DNA from: Macrostomum lignano | Lineage: Eukaryota | Direction: 5' to 3' | Assembly: GCA_002269645.1 (NCBI GenBank) | Contig: NIVC01001000.1 | Coordinates: 268,326 to 332,325 of the forward strand | Length of the DNA stretch: 64,000 nucleotides | Shown: piece by piece, positions 45,923 through 64,000 of the stretch | Position numbering within the stretch: the stretch's first letter is position 1 | Layout: every line of letters begins with the position of its first letter | The notes under the pieces: model-generated | What the model was told of the DNA's origin: nothing | Database searches by the model: none | The model's input: the letters and a program-made list of their open reading frames with translations, nothing else | Position numbers and translations under genes: made by a program

Positions 45923-47504
45923 TTAACAGCTGCTGCTGCACTTTTTAACCTCGTGAAACATGCCGTCGCACTTTGTGATATCTGTGACTACATTTTGCGT
46001 GTTGAGACACTCTCGCTGTCGGACATGCAGGCCAAACGGACCGCATGTACAATTGGACCACTCCATCCACTGTGCCCAGAAACCTCGTTCTGAAATTAAA
46101 TTATTTTATCTATGCAAGGTACGCTCGTAGAATGTAAACCCGATGGCTGAATTCTTCTCACGTGGGCAATCGTTACTGTCGATGCAGTGGTCGATCTGGA
46201 TCGTTCGTATTCCAATCAGATCAGGGTCTTTACTGTTCATATCGCTGAATCTAAAAAAGACAATTTAGATAATTTAAACGCCATTTCAATACTAAGAACG
46301 CAAGTTAGGGGAAAAGGGAGAGAGAGGAGATAGGAGAGGGAAGAGAGGAGAGTAAAGTGAAGAGAGAAGAGGGAAGAGAGGAGAGGAGAGGGAGGGGTAA
46401 GAGGAAGGAAAAGAGATGAGAGGAAAAAGGGGAGAGGAGAGGAGAGAAAGAATAAAGAGCATAGACCAGATGAGAGAGAGAGGAGAGAGGAGAGAGGAGA
46501 GAGATAAGAGCAGAGTGGAGAGATGAGAGGAGAGAGGAGAGAGATGAGAGCAGAGTGGAGAGAGGAGAGGAGAGAGGAGAAAGAGATAAGAGCAGAGTGG
46601 AGAGAGGAGAGGAGAGAGGAGAAAGAGATAAGAGCAGAGTGGAGAGATGAGAGGAGAGAGGAGATGAGAGAGGAGAAAGAGATAAGAGCAGAGTGGAGAG
46701 ATGAGAGGAGAGAGGAGATGAGAGAGGAGAAAGAGATAAGAGCAGAGTGGAGAGAGGAGAGGAGAGAGGAGAGATAGAGATGAGAGCAGAGAGGAGAAAG
46801 GAGAAAGGAGAGAGGAGAGAGGAGAGAGGAGAGAGAGAGAGATGCGAGCAGAGTGGAGAGATGAGAGGAGAGAATTTTCAAAGGATCCAAATTTTAATGT
46901 TTACGAATTGACTCCAATTTTTCTTACTTCTATCCTAACTATTAACAAGTTTTTGCTTGAGTATGGCCTCAGATTTAAGAATGCTTCAAAAATATTCCCG
47001 TGCATTGGGGAATTTAGCGGATTCAAAATCCGCGGGGTTCAACAGCTTGTAAGAGTATATTAATAGTCTTCTGGAAACGAGAAAGTCTTCGTTTGTCAAC
47101 AGCCCCCATACGCACCTAAACCTGTCTCCGATTCCGCACTTGTAGTTTTTGCTGGAGCATTGAGTCCACTCCGACCATTGCAGTTTTCTCCTGTCTTCAA
47201 CAGCTGATGGCGACGAAGAGGACGTACAGAACAGACCTCTGTCCAGGTAGAGGCAGGTGGTGGTCGTTAAGAAGCAAGCGACTAAAATAAGAAATATTAT
47301 TATCAGCAGAATCGTAGCCCAGCGATGCGTTGAGTTCAATAATTGAGACGGGTGTCCCCATTCTTTGCGCAGGGCCCGGATTCTTGACACGGGCAGCTGG
47401 TGCAGCGGACGTTCTTGCTCTCTTGACATAGTTTTTTTTCTAATATAGCTTTTGCGTTCAAGTTCAGAAAAGGTTGCGTTCAATTTAAGAGTTCCGTCTG
47501 CCAT
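45923..47504 (-). CDS. G6: type II membrane protein with 2 TSRs (214 aa), short paralog of G5
   Basis: Exons (minus) 47504-47116, 46250-46162, 46089-45923 (645 nt, in frame to TAA). TM WATILLIIIFLILVACFLTTTT, then CLYLDRGLFC, WSEWTQCSSKNYKC...RFR|FSDMN...HCIDSNDCP|QRGFWAQWMEWSNCTCGPFGLHVRQRECLN...CDGMFHEVKKCSSSC*. Confidence 0.85.
46300..47049 (+). mobile_element. 3' fragment of Helitron-like subfamily 2 inside G6 intron 1
   Basis: GA-rich tract, then AAGGATCCAA...AACTATTAACAAGTTTT...CAAAATCCGCGGGGTTCAACAGCTTG|T matching the 3' ends at 40173 and 44970. Confidence 0.65.
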
Positions 47505-47989
47505 ATATTTCCACTGGCTTCGCTTTATTGTCTATGGCTTTTCTGAAGGATTTTGCGTTCAATTTAAGATCGCGCCGAGTTAAAAAAACAATTCTAATTC
47601 TAATATAAAATACGATTGCTTATTTAATCGTTAAAAATTTGTACTATTCTGAGCCGAGAATGTGTTGTCTATGGAAAATTTTGGAGAGATTATTTGACAA
47701 AAACTAGGAGATTATATGATATAATCTCCTCGAAATCAGGAGCATTATTTAAAAATTGAAGTGAACAAGCCAGCATATTTAGCAACCAACAACTAACACG
47801 ACAACAAAACTTTGCATACTCAACTAATTGTATGATACGATACAACGACAATAGACTTGACACCTAGACGACGCCTGTCTGTGACTCGATCGGCGCCGAC
47901 TTGCTCAGACGATTCACCAGCTGACGCCAAGACAGCGCGAGTTTGCTCAGACGATTCACCAGACGAGACTGATGATCCAGACGAGACAG

Positions 47990-48253
47990 AAACGTTCTGC
48001 AGAACATCAGATCCTCGGTTGGCTTGAGAACCATAAGTCCCGAATCTTCGCCTGCCAATTGACGGTTGACGCGCGTCTCTTTCCATAGATTAAAAAACTT
48101 CATTGCCCATTTTTCCTTCGCTCTGGTAGCGACAGGCAAACTTTCTTTGATTCTTTTTTCTAGAGCAGCTTCGTCCAGGGACTCAGCAGAAACTCGAGTT
48201 GTCGACTCAATTCCGACAGCAGCGTCAAAATTGACGTCTTCTAAGCCTTCCAT
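47990..48253 (-). pseudogene. Possible N-terminal fragment of a Crypton/DUF3504-type recombinase
   Basis: SLPVATRAKEKWAMKFFNLWKETR resembles the P-x-NT-x3-T-x-WA-x3-F-x2-W N-terminal helix of Crypton-A/DUF3504 proteins (pattern recognition only). Confidence 0.35.
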
Positions 48254-48619
48254 ATTGTATTTTTTATTCTATTTCGAAGAAGAAGCGACTCTAAATTCGG
48301 CTTTTACATTTTGCCACCACTGATTGACTGGCTGCTTCGTGACTGTATCTTCGTGAGAAACGTATTTTATTTTTCTATGGTCGGAATAAAATGGCCTAAG
48401 CCTATGTGTCTATCAATCAGATGGGATGCCCCCGAAAAATAAGCAATCGAATTTCATATATGATAAACGCCGTTTAATTCACCATAGTCTATGGTTAAAA
48501 TATCCCCGGCTGCAATCAATGGTCCTCGGCTCGCTTTGCTCTCCTCGGGACCATTAAATGCAGCCTCGGACATTCTAACCACAGAATGTGTATTAAACGG
48601 CGTTTATTATTTACAGAAT

Positions 48620-49080
48620 CTAATTTTTCTGAGTTTCTTGAGTCAAATGGAAATGGAATCGAAGATGAGAAGCTTTCTTATGTTGCAGGCTGGTTGCTAC
48701 GCAGACATCTGACTTCTTGTTTGGATGCTCCATGCGGCGAATGCACGTCAGAATCGCAGACTGCTGATAATTCCTGCAGACTCTTCATCAATTTGAAGAG
48801 CATCGCAGAGTCCAGTCTGACTTATCCAAGTGACAAGTTGGTATCTGCCGTCAGGATCATGGAGCAAATCTTTCTTGGCAGTGACAAATCCTATTTCCAA
48901 CAGAAAGGCGTTGGCAAAGACCTTCAGCGAAAATTTGCTGCAGCGATTCAGCCCGCCCTCAATCTGCACATTGAGTCCCATTCGGTAGGTTGTGCAATCA
49001 GCTTTGCAGCGCTGTATTGCCGCCTGCGGCTGCACCATTGGTTGGCAACTAATGACAGTGCTTTATTGACACTTGTCCGC
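48620..49080 (+). pseudogene. C-terminal fragment of a P-element/THAP9-like transposase
   Basis: LSYVAGWLLRRH...CxxC...LTYPSDKLVSAVRIMEQIF...YCRLRLHHW matches the YxAG, CxxC, LxYPS pattern recalled for P-type transposase C-termini. Confidence 0.5.
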
Positions 49081-49194
49081 TTTTTATCCAACTTTTTGAG
49101 TTGCATCACTTCAAAACTTTTCATTCTCCAGTTTACCTGGTTTCTACGTTTCATGTTTTACGTTTCGATTGCTGGTTTCTGGTTTACTGACTTA

Positions 49195-49896
49195 CTTTTT
49201 TGCGATTGAATTCGTCCAAACAGCAAAACCTTTCGTCCACAAACGCTTTCTTAATGGGAACTAAACTTAGATCATACCATAGACAACTGTGTTCACGCAA
49301 AACGGTTCATCCAGTTTGTAAAACATTTCGTCTAAACCCTTCGCCCAAACAGCTAACAGCTAAACGGAGCGACTTTATTTGATATCACGAGATATTGAAC
49401 AAAGCAAAAACAGTGTCTCTTGTTAGAATGTTAGTTCAAAATGTCTTCGTAGTCCAAACAGCGGCCGTAGTAACCCACAGTGTGATTGGTCCATTGCTGG
49501 CACTTCTCCTGTGTAATCACGTGCAGTGCAGCTTCGACCTCTCTCTTCAAAATGTGCATCCGCCAGGCATGCAGAGTCAGGTTCGCAGCAGCAGCAGCTT
49601 GCCGATTAGAGAGCTAGGGGCCTCGGTTCATCTTCGACTGTTTTGCCGGGTTCAGAATGGAAGATATGCGTTGCTGTAGCTGTAGTGGTAGCAAAAGCGA
49701 ACTGTCAATTGGATGTTAACTATGGTAGGAACAGTACACTCGGTCTCTAGTCTAGGGGACGAAATGGTTTACAAACTGGATGAACCGTTTTGCGTGAACA
49801 CAGTTGTCTGTGGTATGATCTAAATTAAGCTCCCATTAAGAAAGCATTGGTGGACGAAAGGTTTTGCAGTTTGGACGAATTCAATCGCAAAAAAAT
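49195..49896. mobile_element. ~700-bp TIR element, probably a Tc1/IS630-family deletion derivative
   Basis: ~135-bp TIRs (TTTTGCGATTGAATTCGTCCAAAC... / ...GTTTGGACGAATTCAATCGCAAAA) with TA on both sides. The minus strand encodes VEAALHVITQEKCQQWTNHTVGYYGRCLDEDI, like IS630/Tc1 C-termini. Duplicated at ~56922-57622. Confidence 0.7.
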
Positions 49897-50759
49897 ATAA
49901 TTCAGGCGGTCTTGTGCTACACATTTGAGTTTGAGTAATAGTCTATGGCTACTTATGCTTCTTCATCGGATTAGTAGTTTGTGCGTATCTCTAACTCTAC
50001 GCAGTTTAATTTCATAAATTCGCTGATTGAGCATTCTGGGTAAGTTCTGTGGTGTCAGCCACTTAGGGTTTGGCCATAGACTTAGCAGAAAGCAATTTGG
50101 AAATAGCTGCGTTCAATTTGGTTTTGCACAAGAACAGCTCCTGCAAGAGAAATGTTGAGACATGGCACAATCAGCTTGGTCGACCTTTGGAGAATCTTTA
50201 GATAGCCCAAATAAAACGCAGTTTAGACCAAATTGGTTGCTTGCTGGTTATCTGCACATGTCTATGGCAAACTATGCCTTTCAGCTTGGCTTGTTTCCGC
50301 TGCGTGTGTCGCTCCAAATTGAACGCAAAAACGTATAGTAATCATAAATTTCATCGCGTACTCTTATGTAAGCATATCAAACCTATTCAATGAGTCTTGG
50401 AGCTCTTTAAAACCCTTTTGATAATTCCTAATCTGTTTTAGAGTCATGGGCCAAGTTTGCCTCATTTAGCTCGTAAGCGTAATTAGCGGTAACAAAGAAA
50501 GTAGAACATTCAACGTTTACACGAGCATTTTTGGTGTCCGCTACTTTTTGCATGTATGTATGAAAAAACATTGGTTTCAATACAGTTTGTAATATAGTTT
50601 ACCAAATACAACTTGACTCAAGTTGCGACTACGAGTATAAGCGGGAAAAATGAACAAGTAGATGCAATCCACTGAGTGAACCATACATTCATCTGAATTG
50701 GAATGCCGCGTTTTAAAACGAAAAAGTTAACCAATCATATTTAGCTCGCTCAGCTGCCT

Positions 50760-55143
<4,384 letters not shown>

Positions 55144-55491
55144 GCTTACAAGTAATCAATTGTTGCGAGAGTCAATCTTTGAAATTCAAACTAATTATGG
55201 AAGCATTAATTATGAGGAAAGACGAAATCGCAGTAATTGCAGCCATAGACACGTACGTATAGCAAAATTACGCGATTTTTTGTAATTCCTGCTTGATTTT
55301 GCGGGCAAAACTGCTTAAGAAATGGCCCATTCTCTGCCCGATATCGGGCTGGGCCATAGACGAAGCTGAAACGATTTTATTTAAAACGTTAAAAGTGCAA
55401 CATTACAAAGAGGACAACAGTAACGATTTAATATAGTCATGTGGTGCAACCCACGCCGTCTTTACAGTACATGGCGTTCAGAGGTACTCAC

Positions 55492-56336
55492 TTATAGGAA
55501 AAATAGAACACGGGATCCATTTTTCTCAAGCACTGCAGTCGGCAGAACTCCATTAAAGTCCCTTTGTTCGCAGTCAGTATCAGATACTTTTGGGTCGCCA
55601 CGCTCAACGCTAAAATCAGGCGATTGGAGTGGGACGTCGCTCGTGACTCGTTTAACGATTGGACCAGGCGGCGAAGAATCCATTGTCAGAGCATCGGACA
55701 GTTGACGCTTCTTCCCTGGCGAGATCCGCTTTGTGTACCTCTGAACCGACTCTGGCCTCTTGTGAACGGTAACACATTGAATGTCGCCAGCAGAAATGCC
55801 CTTGTTTGCTAGTGTCGTGACAACCGTAGCACGAAGACAATGATTGGTGTAGGTCTGTGATAGATTCGCTCTTGTAGAAATCCGAGCCATCATGTCGTTC
55901 AGGGTGTTTTTACCGAGCACTTGCGTTGCACTGAACCACTGTACCGAGGAGAACTTTAACAGAGGTCTTGGAAACAAATCACTCACACTAGGGGCAACAA
56001 GCTGATATACTTGCGCACGGCAGCAACAGGACAAGTTAATGGGTTATTAGTGGCGTACATCTTAATCTGCTTTCCTGTACATGGGTCAGCAGCGTTGGTT
56101 GTCTTCTCTTTACCAGCCAATACCAAATCAATACACTCAGTCCCAGCCTCCTCGGAGAAGACAATAGCGTCCTTCGTCAGTTGGCGAAGCCACTCACGCC
56201 CTCTGAAGCCAAAATGCGTACACAGCTTGTAGAAAACCTCGTCCTGTAGTTTTACCGGTCGAACTCTGGGACGAACGTATGGTAGTACGCGTTGTTTTAT
56301 TCTAATGATGAGGACGCACTTTTTCCCAAATCCCAC
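55492..56336 (-). pseudogene. Frameshifted tyrosine-recombinase fragment (Crypton / DUF3504-like)
   Basis: Two overlapping ORFs carry the catalytic set: R in HFGFRGRE, TCPV motif, LGKNTL, H-x-x-R in TNHCLRAT, H in VTVHKR (usually TGH), Y in SVQRY. Partly duplicated at 63500-64000. Confidence 0.75.
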
Positions 56337-58485
56337 GCTAGCACATGGGCTCTAAACTTACTAGCCTACTGACAGCAGGCTAATGGCATTTTTATTCTTT
56401 TTCTGCGAATTGTCCTAGAATCTATACTAGATATAATGTCTGGTCATACTAGTAGTCATAATAACATAGGCGCAGCTTTTTGGGTCGTAAATCATCGCTT
56501 TCAAAGTTTGTCTGACAGCCACCTGCGCCTCACTCAGTGTTGAGGCTGGCGCCAGATGGTCTGGGAGGATGCTGGCGGTAGCTTTTTTCTCATCATTTTG
56601 ACAGGCCATCAAGATTTATGAGGTCAGAGCCTATTGTTCGTGTTCACTCAAGCGTATGACAGCTTTGACAGCTATGCGTCTTACCCCTAAAAGTACCTTG
56701 GGATTAGCGATTAGTGATTTCTCTTCATTATCTTCACTTTCTATTTAATAAGAGCTTTCTAATGTATATTTTTTCATTAATTTCTGTCAATCCTACGCGA
56801 AAGGTCATAAATCATTTTTCTGATCTGTTGCATCACTTCAAAACTTTTCATTCTCCAGTTTACCTGGTTTCTACGTTTCATGTTTTACGTTTCGATTGCT
56901 GGTTTCTGGTTTACTGACTTACTTTTTGCGATTGAATTCGTCCAAACAGCAAAACCTTTCGTCCACAAACGCTTTCTTAATGGGAACTAAACTTAGATCA
57001 TACCATAGACAACTGTGTTCACGCAAAACGGTTCATCCAGTTTGTAAAACATTTCGTCTAAACCCTTCGCCCAAACAGCTAACAGCTAAACGGAGCGACT
57101 TTATTTGATATCACGAGATATTGAACAAAGCAAAAACAGTGTCTCTTGTTAGAATGTTAGTTCAAAATGTCTTCGTAGTCCAAACAGCGGCCGTAGTAAC
57201 CCACAGTGTGATTGGTCCATTGCTGGCACTTCTCCTGTGTAATCACGTGCAGTGCAGCTTCGACCTCTCTCTTCAAAATGTGCATCCGCCAGGCATGCAG
57301 AGTCAGGTTCGCAGCAGCAGCAGCTTGCCGATTAGAGAGCTAGGGGCCTCGGTTCATCTTCGACTGTTTTGCCGGGTTCAGAATGGAAGATATGCGTTGC
57401 TGTAGCTGTAGTGGTAGCAAAAGCGAACTGTCAATTGGATGTTAACTATGGTAGGAACAGTACACTCGGTCTCTAGTCTAGGGGACGAAATGGTTTACAA
57501 ACTGGATGAACCGTTTTGCGTGAACACAGTTGTCTGTGGTATGATCTAAATTAAGCTCCCATTAAGAAAGCATTGGTGGACGAAAGGTTTTGCAGTTTGG
57601 ACGAATTCAATCGCAAAAAAATATAATTCAGGCGGTCTTGTGCTACACATTTGAGTTTGAGTAATAGTCTATGGCTACTTATGCTTCTTCATCGGATTAG
57701 TAGTTTGTGCGTATCTCTAACTCTACGCAGTTTAATTTCATAAATTCGCTGATTGAGCATTCTGGGTAAGTTCTGTGGTGTCAGCCACTTAGGGTTTGGC
57801 CATAGACTTAGCAGAAAGCAATTTGGAAATAGCTGCGTTCAATTTGGTTTTGCACAAGAACAGCTCCTGCAAGAGAAATGTTGAGACATGGCACAATCAG
57901 CTTGGTCGACCTTTGGAGAATCTTTAGATAGCCCAAATAAAACGCAGTTTAGACCAAATTGGTTGCTTGCTGGTTATCTGCACATGTCTATGGCAAACTA
58001 TGCCTTTCAGCTTGGCTTGTTTCCGCTGCGTGTGTCGCTCCAAATTGAACGCAAAAACGTATAGTAATCATAAATTTCATCGCGTACTCTTATGTAAGCA
58101 TATCAAACCTATTCAATGAGTCTTGGAGCTCTTTAAAACCCTTTTGATAATTCCTAATCTGTTTTAGAGTCATGGGCCAAGTTTGCCTCATTTAGCTCGT
58201 AAGCGTAATTAGCGGTAACAAAGAAAGTAGAACATTCAACGTTTACACGAGCATTTTTGGTGTCCGCTACTTTTTGCATGTATGTATGAAAAAACATTGG
58301 TTTCAATACAGTTTGTAATATAGTTTACCAAATACAACTTGACTCAAGTTGCGACTACGAGTATAAGCGGGAAAAATGAACAAGTAGATGCAATCCACTG
58401 AGTGAACCATACATTCATCTGAATTGGAATGCCGCGTTTTAAAACGAAAAAGTTAACCAATCATATTTAGCTCGCTCAGCTGCCT

Positions 58486-63148
<4,663 letters not shown>

Positions 63149-64000
63149 GCTTACAAGTAATCAATTGTTGCGAGAGTCAATCTTTGAAATTCAAACTAAT
63201 TATGGAAGCATTAATTATGAGGAAAGACGAAATCGCAGTAATTGCAGCCATAGACACGTACGTATAGCAAAATTACGCGATTTTTTGTAATTCCTGCTTG
63301 ATTTTGCGGGCAAAACTGCTTAAGAAATGGCCCATTCTCTGCCCGATATCGGGCTGGGCCATAGACGAAGCTGAAACGATTTATATTAAAACGTTAAAAG
63401 TGCAACATTACAAAGAGGACAACAGTAACGATTTAATATAGTCATGTGGTGCAACCCACGCCGTCTTTACAGTACATGGCGTTCAGAGGTACTCACTTAT
63501 AGGAAAAATAGAACACGGGATCCATTTTTCTCAAGCACTGCAGTCGGCAGAACTCCATTAAAGTCCCTTTGTTCGCAGTCAGTATCAGATACTTTTGGGT
63601 CGCCACGCTCAACGCTAAAATCAGGCGATTGAGTGGACGTCGCTCGTGACTCGTTTAACGATTGACCAGGCGGCGAAGATCCATTGTCAGAGCATCGGAC
63701 AGTTGACGCTTCTTCCCTGGCGAGATCCGCTTTGTGTACCTCTGAAACCGACTCTGGCCTCTTGTGAACGGTAACACATTGAATGTCGCCACAGAAATGC
63801 CCTTGTTTGCTAGTGTCGTGACAACCGTAGCACGAAACAATGATTGGTGTAGGTCTGTGATAGATTCGCTCTTGTAGAAATCCGAGCCATCATGTCGTTC
63901 AGGGTGTTTTTACCGAGCACTTGCGTTGCACTGACCACTGTACCGAGGAGAACTTTAACAGAGGTCTTGGAAACAAATCACTCACACTAGGGGCAACAAG

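Overview
Repeat-rich eukaryotic (invertebrate metazoan) genomic DNA. It has GT-AG introns and a TTAGGG-type telomeric motif; no operons or CRISPR arrays were seen. Splicing the small ORF fragments by hand gives a tandem cluster of seven related multi-exon genes (G1-G7) plus a near-identical, frameshifted copy of G7 (G8). G2-G7 encode predicted type II membrane proteins: cytoplasmic tail, one TM helix, a conserved C-x4-RG-x2-C juxtamembrane motif, then 2-5 thrombospondin type-1 repeats (TSR). G1 lacks the tail and the motif. G7 ends in a PAN/apple domain plus an EPN-type C-type lectin domain. All genes share a phase-2 intron in the Arg codon of the first TSR, and specific TSRs lose cysteines in disulfide-matched pairs. 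The genes are interleaved with a Ty3/Gypsy LTR retrotransposon (one premature stop), a MULE element and its 270-bp derivative, two tRNA-derived SINE families, a ~10 kb head-to-tail array of non-autonomous Helitron-like elements, Crypton-like, P-like, Tc1-like and LINE fragments, and many distinct minisatellites. All gene models are manual predictions without transcript support. Domain names come from recognised motifs, not database searches.
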